DNA of 64,000 nucleotides from Vicugna vicugna (GCA_013265495.1 MU057416.1:862545-926544), one strand, 5' to 3'. Numbered from the stretch's first letter, positions 1 through 12,186 are shown. Notes: a model not told the origin generated them from the letters alone. Numbers and translations are program-made.

Positions 1-158
1 TTCCACTTTTCTATATAAAAATAAGGTAAAAATACATTGTAAAGCGCAGCATTAATAAAAAGCAGAATAGAAGCGTGATCTTGAACTTTGAATTCCAGCT
101 CAGTGTTAAGCACATAAAACCTTTTTCATAAAAATAATCTAAATTTTTTTCATTACAG

Positions 159-231
159 TGAAACTCCTAGACGGCTTAAGCCAGCTGTGACTTGAGGCAC
201 TGAAAGAATAAACTTGGTAAGTAAAAATAAA
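159..231 (+). other. Candidate last-coding/terminal exon of an unidentified gene entering from the left
   Basis: Acceptor tttttttcattacag|159; the two plausible frames stop quickly (..KLLDGLSQL* TGA 188-190, or ..ETPRRLKPAVT* TGA 193-195); AATAAA at 207-212 and 226-231; also a strong donor TTG|gtaagt at 216/217. Confidence 0.4.
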
Positions 232-1044
232 CAACTGTATTTCAAAATACAGAAAGAAAAAGAAGATTGCAGTTTATGAATCTGCCTTTTAAATCTTTAC
301 CCAAGTGCATTCCTGTTCTAGCTAAAGGAAAGAAAAAATGTGCTAAGATCTAACGGAGTGGTAACTGGGAAATGACAATAAAAATGGCGATAACAGTATA
401 AGGAGAGAGAGTGTTTGGAGACTTCTTGGCTCCATGGCCAAACCTGAGCATTTTGTTAGATTGTGTTTTTAATCCCCTCTGGATGACAGTATCTCTCAGT
501 CCCCCCTCAATCTGAGTTCTCCCGTGGGCTGGTATTGGACGTTCTTCCTAGAATCAAGTTTCAAACACACGCTGTTGTCATGCTGGGTGAACAGCAGGAA
601 GGGTTGGAATGAGCGGGGCCAGGGCTACGGGCTGGACGTGCCCACTGAATGGGCAGGAGCCTGGGTGTGTTCGGAAGCAAACAGCAGAGGAAATCCAGCT
701 GCCAGGACTGTGGGGAGATGGCGTCCAGGACCAGGAAACTGGGGGTGATCCAGGCAGGCAAGGATGCGGTTGGTCAGCATCCGGGGAGACTGGAAAGGGG
801 ACATTCAAGTCTTCCAAAGAGTTAGTAAAGCAAAGCATGTTGGGTAATGTGCTGATAGGAAGACAAACACGAGGCTGGCCCTGAACGTCAGTCGAGGCTT
901 TCAATGGCGCATGGCAGCCTCTCGGGGGGGCAGCAAGAACAGAACTGGGCCTGGGTGTAGGACGTCCTGGGGACCTGGGCAGATCATTACAGCGGGGAAC
1001 CAGGAGGGGGGCAACCAAGTTCACCCTGACGTTTCTGCTCAGTG

Positions 1045-1200
1045 GCCAAGGAGCTTCAGCTGTACACGATGAACACGTCCCAGACCTGCTGCACAACCTT
1101 GTGCGTGCCGTCCTCGGACCTGTGATGTGCCTAGACATTTGTCAAGAGGATAGATTTTGTGTTACGTGGTCTTACCACAATAAAAACAAAACAACGAAAC
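1045..1200 (+). mobile_element. Old L1 (L1MA/MB-like) 3' end fragment, GC-shifted
   Basis: Resembles recalled L1 3' terminus (..tttgctaagagagtagatcttaagtgttctcaccacaaaaa); ends cttaccacaataaaaacaaaac. Confidence 0.6.
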
Positions 1201-1449
1201 AAACTCAGTCCCTGACCCAGGGCAGAAGGCAGAGGGGTCTTGGTCATGGAGCAAGGCCAGGTCCGGCCACTAGGACCACGATCAACTCAGAGCCCTGGGA
1301 GCATCGCCGACTGACCTCAGATTGAAAGAATTATAGGCCAGTAGCCTCTCCTTGCATATGCCTCGTTCTCCTCTTTGCAGCACTTTGAGCAAAGGAGCGA
1401 CACAGTAACTTACAGCCATTAAAAACGTTCTCTGGCATCTTACTGGAGG

Positions 1450-1850
1450 CTGCACTGACAAGGCAGAGAAGGGAAGCCTGGACGAGAAAGAGCGAGAAGC
1501 CCCCTCAGCCGTGGCGGTGAGCGCGACTCAAACCGAGGCGGCGGCGGCAGCAGGGGGAAGTGGGCGGGCCGCACCTGAGGGGGACGCAGAGGGCTTCCTG
1601 ACGCGTGGACGCACACCGTGAGGGGAGACGGGGTCAAGGCCAGCCGCGAGGCTCTGGGCTTGAGCAGCTGAGCACGCTGAAGCTGGCATCTGGTGAGATG
1701 AGGTCGCCAGGAGAGAACACGCAGACAGGGTGAGGAGAAAGGTGAAGGCTGAGCCCCGCAGCATCCAGCACAGAGCGGCAGGGGGACAAGGAGCTGGCGG
1801 AAGAGCCCGAGAGTCGCCTCGAGGACATGAGCAGAAGCAAGAACGCACAG
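1450..1850 (-). mobile_element. L2 fragment, resumes at ~2670-2790 after L1 insertions
   Basis: Purine-rich antisense L2-like sequence; continuation gtggtcaacagtg..aagatgggactgagaatt matches L2. Confidence 0.5.
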
Positions 1851-1854
1851 CGTG

Positions 1855-2670
1855 TTGTCCATCGACAGATGACTGGATAGAGAAGACGTGATGTGTATAC
1901 ACAATGGAATAGTCCTCAGCCATGAGAAAAGCGAAATACTGCCATTCGCAGCCGGACGGACGGACCTGGAGGGCACTGCGCTAAGTGGAAGAAGTCAGAC
2001 AGAGAAAGACAGGACCACACGGTATCACATGTATGGAATCTAAAAGCTACAACAAACGCGGGACTGTAACAACAGAGAAGCAGGCTCACAGGTACAGAGA
2101 ATAAACTAGTGGCCACCTGTGGCGAGGAGGAAGCGGGGGGGTGGGGGACAGCAGAGGGGCAGGGCGGCAAGAGGTACAAACTGTTACGTATGAAATAAGC
2201 TACAAGGATGTACCGAACAACACAGGGACGAGGGCTGACACTGTATAGCAACTATACATGGAGTTAACCTTTAAAACCTGCGAATCACTATATTGTACAC
2301 ACGGAACTAATTTTTTAATTCTTATTTTTTATCGAACTGCAGCTGATTTACAATGTTAGTTTCAGATGTACAGCAAAGTGATTCAGTCACACACATGCGT
2401 ACACATATATGTTTTCAGTTTCTTTTCCACTGTGGTTCATTATAAGATATTGAATACAGTTCCCTGTGCTGTACAGCAGGTCCTTGGTGTTTATCTATTT
2501 TATATACTGTGATGTGTATCTGCTAATCCCGAACTCCTGATCTATCCCTCCCTGCCCTTTCCACTCTGGTAACCACAGTTTGTTTTCTATGTCCGTGTAC
2601 ACATGTAACTTATATAATATTGTTCATCAACTATACTTTGATTAAAGTTAAAAAAACAAACAAAAAAACA
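1855..2670 (+). mobile_element. L1 3' end (ORF2 C-terminus + 3'UTR + A-tail), interrupted by an antisense L1 fragment
   Basis: tgtccatcgacagatgactggata..cacaatggaata..gaagtcagacagagaaagac; aligns with in-window copies at 11.6 and 61.4 kb. Confidence 0.9.
2309..2595 (-). mobile_element. 5'-truncated L1 3' end nested in another L1
   Basis: T-rich tail then tttacaatgttagtttcagatgtacagc..; TSD tgtacacacggaact (2294-2308) / tgtacacatgtaact (2596-2610). Confidence 0.88.
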
Positions 2671-3217
2671 AAGTGTGGGGAGCAGAAGCCACGTCTCAGC
2701 ATACTGAGGCAGAAGGGGTGGTCAACAGTGGAAGGGTGCTAAGTGGCCAGGAAAGATGGGGACTGAGAATTACTTGTCGGACCATCTTGTATTCAGGTCT
2801 CGTTTATCTCTGAAGCCCCAGCACAGGACCTGGTGAGCAGTCGGCAGCTCCTTCTCCTGTGTGCGCATGAGAGCACGGGCTCACAGAAGACGGGAAGCGA
2901 TGTGGAGTGGAGCGGAGGTGGGGAAGGGGCAGGCGAGACCCATCGCCGCTGGCACCTGGTGCGTTCCTAGCGCTCAGCGTCTCGACACCTGCACCGCCCT
3001 GATGTCTCTGCCCGCGCCACGTCTAGTGGGCGCAGATGATTTGCACAAGGGCCCTTGGTTGAGGGACTTCACTTTTACAGCGGCCACAGAACCTTACTAA
3101 ACATTTGCGTGCTGCTTTTGGAGAGCTCTCGTTAGCTTTCATAGACACAATTCGCCTGCCAGTGTCACTTTTCAGATTCTCCAAAAGGAACTGGTTCATT
3201 GTTGAAAAATACAGTAA

Positions 3218-3274
3218 GGGCGTGCGGGTATAGCCCAGGGGTATATAGTGTTACTCCAGTTTTTTTTAAAAAAA
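3218..3274 (+). mobile_element. Possible internally deleted camelid tRNA-SINE remnant
   Basis: gggtatagcccaggggta..ctcca + T/A tail resembles the SINE head and end. Confidence 0.3.
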
Positions 3275-3449
3275 GGTAAAACCTTGAATAAGGAAGATGG
3301 ATGAGAAACTAGAAAGTGCCATGAAATTTTAAAATACGAAACTAACCATTCAGGGACAAGCAGTATCAGTAAATAACAAACTCAACAGAGAGGGTACCAG
3401 TGTTCTAGGACGTCTGATGCATTGCAGTATAAAGCACTCTGAGAAAATG

Positions 3450-3850
3450 CTTAAAAAATGATTTGGTTAAACATCCTGTCACTGGCATTGAAGCAGCAAG
3501 TCATGAAAAAGGTCAGTGCCCTGAATGAAGAAGACGGCGGTTCAGGGGATGACAAAAGGCCAGGGGCGGACTTGTTTTATGCCGCCTGTTAACGACTTGG
3601 AAGGAGGAGTAAACATTGACAGATTACGTTCGGAGATGGCACTCACTTCATGATGCTGCAAAAGTGATTAATAGAGGAAAATAAAATGTACCAGGGCCTG
3701 GGAGGTTGAGGATTGTCAGTAAGTGAAAGAAAAAAAAAAGATCTGTTTGGAATAAATGAAAATAAGTTTTGAGAATTTTGGATTATGTAGACTTGGAAAA
3801 CTTCTAGGAGTATGAAAGCAATGATTTTAGGAGTTTTAAACACCTACAGA
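3450..3850 (+). mobile_element. L3/CR1 LINE reverse-transcriptase relic
   Basis: aacgacttggaaggaggagtaaac..ttcggagatggcact resembles the CR1 RT 'INDL....KFADDTK' region. Confidence 0.5.
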
Positions 3851-3899
3851 GGCTAACACGCTGTTCTGAAGATAATAAATGCGGCCCGTGTGGGGCTCA

Positions 3900-4075
3900 G
3901 CTGCGTTTTGGTTCACGGACATCAATGTACGTGAGCGTGCGCTTCTAGGAGGGGAAGCGCTGGGCTGCAGGACGTGCATGGGGCTGCTTTAGTAGATACC
4001 GTCAAACAATTTACCAAAGCGGTTATACACTTACACTCCCACCAACCACACACAAGAGATCAACTGTAGCAAATG
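3900..4075 (-). mobile_element. Old L1M/L1ME fragment
   Basis: ctaggaggggaagcgctggg..gctttagtagatac..ccaaagcggtt..ttacactcccaccaacc matches antisense L1 ORF2 end. Confidence 0.7.
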
Positions 4076-4600
4076 TTGATATGTGCTAATTCTGCACGGC
4101 AGATACACAGATGTTTATTAAGTTACTGTCCAATACTTTTCCTACGTTTGAAAGACTTCACAACTTCGAAAATATAAAAATTAAAAGCAATTTGAGGAAG
4201 AATGTTCAACAAAATGGGGCAAGATGCTTTTATTCTTGCCCCCTCGTCCTGGACAGTAGACAAGCAGATGTTAGAGGAACAGAAACAGACGTGGACGACT
4301 GCGCCCCAGGGCTGTCTCACGTAGTAAGACTCGGGGGCTAAGTGAACGGACCTCAGTTCTGACAGAGGGTAGAGGCGAGTTTTCTCGCAGGTTCTCTCTC
4401 GGCAGAAGCTACCAGAGTCAACCCCTCCGCATCCCGCCTTTCCCCCAACGCCCAGAAGCTCTTGCAGGGAGTCTAGGAGAAAAATCAGAGAACTTCTAGG
4501 AGCCATGAAGAAACAAAGGGTGAAGAGCTCTTGCAGGGAAATAAAGGAAAAGGGCCCACAGCTGGGGGGCGGCGCACGCAGGTAAACCCACTGGCCGCGT

Positions 4601-4666
4601 GAGCTGCCGAAGGAGCCGCCGAAGGAGCCGCCGAAGGAGCCGCCGAAGGAGCCGCCGAAGGAGCCG
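4601..4666 (+). repeat. 12-bp GC-rich tandem repeat (GAGCCGCCGAAG) x5.5
   Basis: Direct reading; first unit has one mismatch (gagctgccgaag). Confidence 0.97.
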
Positions 4667-4966
4667 AGGCCCAGCGGAAGCGAGGCGAGGGCTGGGCGAG
4701 CGAGCGCACACCCCAGCCCCGCGCGCCCGCGGGCCAGGGCTCGCGCGGGTGCTGAGCTCACGGCAGCTCGCTCACGGCGGACGCCACGCTCCCGGCGCAG
4801 AGGCAGGAGCCGCGCCCGCGTCAGCATTCCTGGGGCTGAACCCGGGAACGCGCTCTCCAAGCCAGCCCCCTCGGTGGCGCTGGTAGAAGGCCAAGTTCTG
4901 GAACTACTAACTACGCCATCTGCTGTATCACCGACTTGGCCCACGGATTTAAAGAATTAAAAGTCA

Positions 4967-5041
4967 CTAAGCCATGGATACTTCTGGCTCTTTCTTGCCT
5001 TTGAAGAGAAGTTCATTCAGGGGATACTGATTCACTTGGAC
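4967..5041 (-). CDS. Candidate terminal coding exon (VQVNQYPLNELLFKGKKEPEVSMA*), unidentified
   Basis: Minus acceptor tcacctcttgtcacag|5041; 24 codons then TAG; minus-strand AATAAA at 4114-4119; no protein recognised. Confidence 0.2.
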   Translation of the reverse strand, partial: VQVNQYPLNELLFKGKKEPEVSMA

Positions 5042-5569
5042 CTGTGACAAGAGGTGATTTTATCCGCAGTGCGGAGGTTGGGGGCGGAGCCCGAGCTTGA
5101 GAACTGAGCTGGCCCGAGGCCCTGAGAAGACGGCGCTGCTGGGACCCGTGCGCCCCCAGGTCAGAGCCACCGCGCCGCAGTCCTGCGCCTCTGCGGTTTC
5201 ATCCTCTGTTGACCACTTTATAGAGCAGAACGCTTCCTGGGAAGCTGAAGAGAACGTTAAATAGCTTTTTTACCCTAAAACTGGAATATGTGGTTTATAA
5301 AATTAAATACACATTGCTTAACACCAGAGCATCCAGCCCAGTGTGACAGACATTCCATTTGGGTCCAAAGGCGAGGGTTTTATTCCACACTTTCATTCTT
5401 CTTCTCTTGAGGAAATCTCTCTTTGTGATGGAATCACTTTTTTCCCCCTTAAATCCAAGCATAGTCCCCCTCCTTCCCTCAAACTACAATCTTTTCCTTC
5501 TGTTTTCCTAAGGATTTAGAAAGTACTTTCTGTTCTTCGAGGCATTAGGTTTAGATGGAATAGCATTTG

Positions 5570-5790
5570 ACACACCTGTCTCTACGCCAGACACTGCATT
5601 AGATACGTATTACTTGACTGATCACAAAGGATTCAGCCTTAGCAAAACCTGGGTGTGGTCATAACCCCTATGTTACAGAAGAGAAACTAAGGTTCAGCAA
5701 AAGTGCGTCCCGCGCCCCAGCTCACGCTGCTCGTACGTGAGAAGAGGAGGGTTCCCAGGCAGGTACTGGGATGTTATGTCTTGCTCTTTC
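5570..5790 (-). mobile_element. MIR
   Basis: ccccta tgttacagaagagaaactaaggttcag MIR core. Confidence 0.7.
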
Positions 5791-7309
5791 TACAACATAA
5801 GTGTTTTTCAAATTGCATTCTCTGGAACTTCAGTGTTTCGAAGATGCGCTTTTTAAGAGTTTTGTAAATGTTAGGTACAAATTTCATTTTTAAGTCTTAA
5901 AAATCCAACTTTCACTCGGTGAGGACCACCATCAACCGACTGGACAGTGAGTTCCTCTTGTTTTTGTGCCTTCCTTAAATAAACATTAAATAAATTCTCT
6001 CCTATCACGTCCACGCAGACCTTTAAACTTCTTATAAACGTGCTGATGATCAGGACGATGTTTTTTCTGTACTGATCTTGTGTTGAATTCAGACACGCTC
6101 ACACCTTCATAAATTCCACGTGTGCTGTGTAGTCAATTAAACACTGCACGAAGCAGAGGAGGAGCTCCCAAACCCGTCAGCCGATCACGGTACAGAGTCT
6201 GCGGTGAAATCACGAGTTAACATAGAACACGTCTGCTGGTGACTCCACACCCTTGCAGTTAATAGACTGTCAATAGCCTATTACAAGCTTTTAATTCTGA
6301 ATGTCTACTTTACTACAAGGAATTCAATCAGTTAGAAATTTCTTGTGATTGTTTTTTAGAAGGTTGATTCATCTTTAATACTAAAAGTGTTCTGTATTCT
6401 TTTAAACATCCTGAGATTATAAAGTGAGCTGTTTAAATACTTGCTAGCTTTTGCAACTACTTCTCTGTAAGACTCAGGGTTTACTTGCTACAGTTTAACC
6501 AAATGAAACCCAGAAATCGACAGGACAGTGACACCCATGTTAGGAGACGTCTGCCATCCTTAGCGTCTAAATTTAATGTGTGCATGCGCACAGATTCATT
6601 ATTTGATTTTACAAATAAACGTTATCCATTTCAACTACTGAAAAGACATTTATCCAAAAGAAATAGCATTATCATCTATTCCGTAGAGCAGGTTTCAGAG
6701 TTTTCCTTGAAAAAAAGGACCCTGATGCTTTGAAAATTTAAAAACTATTCTACTACACAAAGCATTTAGCAGATAAAAGAGTACCTTGCCGTGAAAAAAA
6801 AAAAAGAATGCTTACTGAATAAGCAGACTACTTGGTAAACTTCCATTGTAATAAACTGAGGTAAAAATACCTTTTATTGAGTTCCATTATTCTCCAAAGC
6901 AAAGTCTTAACAGAAATATTATTATATTCTCAAAGAATATTTCATCCATAGCATCCCCAAGTGAAATTATCTAATTAAAATGGGGATGACTTTATAAAAT
7001 CGGATGCTTTAGCCAATACAGCATCGCATAGTCCGTTGTCCATTCGTATCATTATTCACAGTAAGACAGAAGAAAGTGTGAATATAATATGCCTACACTG
7101 ATGCATTTCAGCACAAAGCAGTCAATACCACGAATGTCTAGAATATTATTTAGAAACAGCCTCTTACCAATATAAAATATCATGATATACTGTATTTTCT
7201 AACACACAATCTACTCTTCTTTCTCAAAGCTCAACGACTCCGGACTGTTTCTTTATCTGTCAAATCCATCTGCTAATTCCTCTAGAGCTGACGTCTCCAC
7301 TGGTACCCA

Positions 7310-8140
7310 AACCCCACCCCTCCACCCACTCAAGGGCGTCCTGCATCAGCTCTCCACGCCCTCTTCTGTGCCATCATTCCTTGCTCCCTACAGGACCTTT
7401 CTCATCAGGAGCAAAACACCCTTTTTTATTTATCTCATTGGAAAAAAAAAAAACCCTTCTTTATCCTCCATTTCCCCAACTAGCTGCTACCTCTTTTTCT
7501 TCTTCCCCTTACAGCAAAACTCCTCGAAGGAGTGGCCCCTGTATGCCATCTCTAGCCTCTCTCCTCCACCCCCTTACATCCCCGCCACTCAGCCCACTTG
7601 AGAGAGACTGTGTCCGTCAGTCCCATCCCTCCTGTTAAAGCCACCCGTCACCTGCACGTGTTCATACCCAGCGGCCAGCTTCTCAGTCTTCATTTACAGA
7701 CAGCAGCAACCCTTGACCCTGCGGAGCGCCCCTCCCCTCGGCACGTGGTGTCCAGGGCATCAGCGCTCCCTGGACCTTTTCTACCTCAGTGCCTGTTCTT
7801 CCTCAGTCTCCTTCGCTCGTTCCTCCTTCCTCTCCTCCCTTACCTGTCATTGTCTCCTCTTCTTTACAAAACTCCCTCGGGGATCGCACTCACTCACGAT
7901 CTTAAATACTATCTACGTGCCAATAACTTCCAAATTTTTATCTCCAGCCCTGACCTTCCAGATGCCAGATTTGCTATCCAGCTGCCCACCTGAAATCTCC
8001 ATTTGTTTGTTCAATAAACACATCAACTCATCAGTTGTCAGACTCATGCCACCTACAGGTTCCCCGTTTGCATCGATGGCAACTCCATCTTTTTAAGACG
8101 CTAGTACTAAAAACCCTAGACTCCTCCCGGCTGCTCACTT
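7310..8140 (+). mobile_element. L2 fragment
   Basis: ccccttacagcaaaactcctcgaagg..ttccaaatttttatctccagccc..ccagctgcccacctgaaatctcca are typical of L2. Confidence 0.85.
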
Positions 8141-11100
8141 ACAGCCACCCAGCTCTAGGGGTTCTCTCCTGTCTAGTTAGCAACATTGTGACCTGTGGGG
8201 GTTTTTATTTTGAAAACATTTGACCTAGACTTTACATGGTTTTTGAGTGCCACTGAGTACTTATAAAACACATCCTTTCAAAAACTGTGATTTTTACTCA
8301 AATGCAAAAATATGAGCTTTGAAGACAGGCAATCTGAGGTTTTGCCAATTATTAGCTGGGTGGCAATAATTATAAGTTAAGTTCAAATTATTATAATTTG
8401 TTCAAAAATTATTAAAGATTTTTAAGACATGATAGCAGGGCCTTAGGCCAAGCATCAGGCCCTGCAACACAGAAAAATTAGATAAACTATTTGACAATTG
8501 GCTTTGTCATTTATAAAACTTGTGAAAGTTTAGGACATAAAGGTTTTAAAAGTTTCTAGCATATATTTTCCAAAATCACCCATCACAATAGCTGTGTCAT
8601 CACACTGTTACAACTTAACACAATTTCCAACATTCCAGCTTAGGTCCTACTCACTGGAAATGACACTGTGACATGTGCAGCAGAAGCATCTGTCTGTGAA
8701 ACTGTAGCACTTGATCAGAGTGAAAGACAGCTGAACCATATGTCCCAAATATTTGTAACTACAGCAGCTAACACTTGGGCCACATGGGGCGAAGCGTGGA
8801 GTTCCACTGCTCTAACGGATTTAATTAGACACACTGTGGAACCTTCCTGCCTCATTCTCTTCACCTACAAAAGTGAGAGGACTGAGCTGAAAGTCTTAAA
8901 GCCTTTGTTTCCACTGAAGGAGCCACGTCCAAGGGGAGCAGACGCAGGCAGGGTGTCCCAAGCCGGGGCTCCCTTGGTGGAGGGAGTGGGTTCCCAGTCC
9001 TGGTCCTCACCTTTTCAGATTCAGAAACTATCTTGAATTAGGTAAGCTCAGAGAGATTTATTCAGGCAAACTAAAATTTCAAGAATCTGTCTTACAAACC
9101 GAAGTGCCCACTGTCAATTCACAACAGAGGCGACACCAGCACCGCCTTCGGTCATCAGCTTAGGGTGTGTCCCCCTGGTGGATCGATTCACTTCAGCGAC
9201 TGAATTACAGGCCAGAAGTTTGCTTGAAGAGCCCAGAATCAGAATGGAGCAGCTAAACTGTCATCGAAGAAGGAGAGCTATGTGAACTGGCCTGGGGGTC
9301 CTTCTGGCCCGGGAAGCAGTATTGGCCCCCTGAACTAGGGGGACAGACGCCTCTCCTGCACTAACCTGAGCAGGACTTCTCTTCTCACCTCTGCGTACAC
9401 TGAGGCCTTTCCACTGACGCGTCCCTTCCTCACACAGCCACACTCGGCACGTTTGATTAAGCCACTTCTTCAGTTACATCTCAGCCACGAAACCATACTC
9501 TAGCCCCACTGGCGGACCTGAGCCCCCAAGTCCACAAACCTACAGATCACCTTTTAGGGAAAGAGCAGCTTCATAGCTGTCTACCGTACAGACTCGGAGC
9601 ACTTGCTTTGGGATCATTTGGGGTAATTTATGAGTAAATTAAGGCAAGTTAATTAACCCAAGTCTCAAAATCCTCATGTGTAAAATAAAATAAAAACCCC
9701 TACTCTTCACGTTTGTCGAAGGGATGTTTATGAAGGACCCGCAGGGCCCAGTCAGGACCGACGGTGCATGTGGTCGTCAGAACTTCCGGCTCTTTGCACT
9801 GTGCGCCTACTACCGCCACTCCTCCAACGTGGCCTTTTCTTATTCCTTTGTCCAAAATAGGGGAGGCACCTGGACAAGCCCTCGTGTCCTGACTGCACAT
9901 TTCAGCACTAACGTAAGTCCGTGTGGTATGAAGGCAAAGGCAGGTGAACCTTCAAAGGCCACACGCCCCTCCAGAGTCAGAAATCACAAACTTGAGGGCC
10001 ATGAATACACACTCACATAACAGATTATAGCTCTCTGTTTTGTCGGTATGGTAACGCACTGAACTATTTCCTCACAGCACATGTTACGGAATTGAACCCA
10101 TCAGTTCATGAAAACAAGTCCGGCACCCCTTGTCGGGTTTAATAGAACTCAGCCGTACCGTGACGTTCTGTTCTGTTACAGCTCATGAGAGTTACCAGTG
10201 TGCACCATGCAAACTCTGGCCTTTTAGCTCCAAGACCATTTTTTTCATTACATTTCTTTGTTAGAAGGCTCTGTTTGTATGTAATTAGATGTGGCTTTCT
10301 TAAACCTTAACAGTTGGTAGCTTAATGTATTTTTGTTTTCTTCTGAGTACAAAGGCTATATTATGCTTTTGTTGGCACCAATGCTAGTCGGCATGCCAGC
10401 TCAGTAATTTTGTTCTCTGCAGTATGTCAGTATTTGAGTGCCTTGGGCCTAACAGGTGGTGCTCAAGAAGGTTCTGGCAAATCAAACAGGTAATGTGGTT
10501 ATTTCTTTTGTCAAATTATAATTAAAAACAGAGTCTGTGTAAAAGGAGACGTACTTTTTTCCTGTTTTAAAAAGGGCTCAACCTCCAGTACAAATTGTTT
10601 TCCTAACAAAGACCCACAAGGAAGGAAGCATGTTGTCCGCATAAGTGTGCAACACCTCGTCTAGAGTTTCATCGCTCTCTGCGAAGTTTACCTTGCAAGC
10701 CTGCAGGGTAAGCACTGCTGCCTAAGTTCGTGGCGTCTCCACCTTTCTGTAATTCAAGTGTGTGAATTTCAGGCCATGCCAAACATTTGTCAGGAAATGG
10801 GGACACTGTTATCTACTATTTTCTAGAATATGAAGAAATTCTTTGATATTTTTTACTTGAATCATCTGCTAAAAAACATGACCTCTGCACCACAACATCC
10901 TGGTCCCTGACGACAGCACAGGAAAGACCAGGGCTTCCATTGTCAGGAAGCTGGAAAGACTCTCAGCCCAAGAGTCAGGGCTCCTCTCCTATAATGTCCA
11001 GCCCCAGGGAGAGGGGGCACCTCCCCATGGTGCGATGAAGCAATGAGGGACTCACGCAGCTGACCACGCCTCTGAAAGCTCTCACTGGTGAAAGATGCTT

Positions 11101-11306
11101 CTGCAGGACAGGCCCATGAGCTGCTCGGCTAGTTGCTCTTGTGCGTGCAACACCATCCCAGAAGGAACAAACCAGACAGTGGCCACATGCACCTTTGTGC
11201 CCGAGAAGAGGCCACCACTGTCTTCCTGCAGGCCAGAGTAAATTTACTATTCTGGTTTGAGTGTTATCCCACTAAAATCAAGACTTGCTAGAAAAGGAAC
11301 CTTTTA

Positions 11307-12117
11307 TCCCCTCACACGGTCAGAATGGCCATCATCCAAAAAGCCCTCGAATGATAAATGCTGGAGAGGGTGGGAAGAAAAGGGAACCTTCCTACACTGC
11401 TGGTGGGAATGCAGTTTGGTGCAGCCACTACAGAAAACAGTATGAAGATTCCTTAAAAACCTAAAAATAGAGTTACCCTATGACCCAGCAATCCCACTCC
11501 TGGGAATATATCCAGAGAAAATTCCAATTGGAATAGACACCTGCACCCCAACGTGCCCAGCAGCACCATATACAACAGCCAAGACACGGAAGCACCTGAG
11601 TCCATCAACAGGTGACTGGATGAAGATGATGCGATATATATACACAATGGAATACTACTTGGCCATAAAAAAGAATGAAATCATGCCATTCGCAGCAAGA
11701 TGGATGGACCTAGAGATGATCATACTAAATGAAGTAAACCAGAAAGAGAAAGGCAGATATTGTATGATATCACTTATATGTGGAATCTTAAAAAATGACA
11801 CAAATAAACTTATTTACAAAACAGAAACAGACTCACAGACACAGAAAACAAACTTATGGTTACCAGAGAGGAAAGAGTTGGAAGAGATAAATTGGGAGGT
11901 TGAGATTTACACATACACATGACCTTGTATAAAATGGATAAACAACAAGGCTGTGTACAGCACAGGGAACTATATTCAATACCTTGTAATGGCCTATAAC
12001 GAAAGAGAGTATGAAAAGGAACAGATACACATTTATATGTATGACTGAATCATGAAGCTGTACACCAGAAATTAACACAACATTGTAAACAGACGATACT
12101 TCCATTTTTTTAAAAAA
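11307..12117 (+). mobile_element. 5'-truncated L1 (ORF2 C-terminus + 3'UTR)
   Basis: ORF remnant YTMEYYLAIKKNEIMPFAARWMDLEMIILNEV; TSD agaaaaggaac 11290-11300 / 12118-12128. Confidence 0.95.
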
Positions 12118-12186
12118 AGAAAAGGAACATATTACGCAGTTATTTTATTTGAACACAATTTGATCCAATGATAGTACGCCACTTAC

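Larger units (their letters stand above)
4560..5200. promoter_or_regulatory. CpG island / promoter-like region
   Basis: Dense CpG and GC; GC box gggggcggagc ~5080-5090; possible + donor CAG|gtcaga at 5159/5160. Confidence 0.7.

Noticed and set aside
4123..4944. 273-aa minus-strand ORF
   Set aside because: GTG start, low complexity, crosses a CpG island and VNTR where stops are rare; no recognisable domain
10423..10489. Plus-strand 67-nt exon candidate
   Set aside because: Overlaps an L2 3'-end-like sequence and has no supporting homology
11257..12105. ORFs here and at 14333, 35433, 45294 and 61361 as host genes
   Set aside because: Frameshifted L1 ORF2/3'UTR remnants
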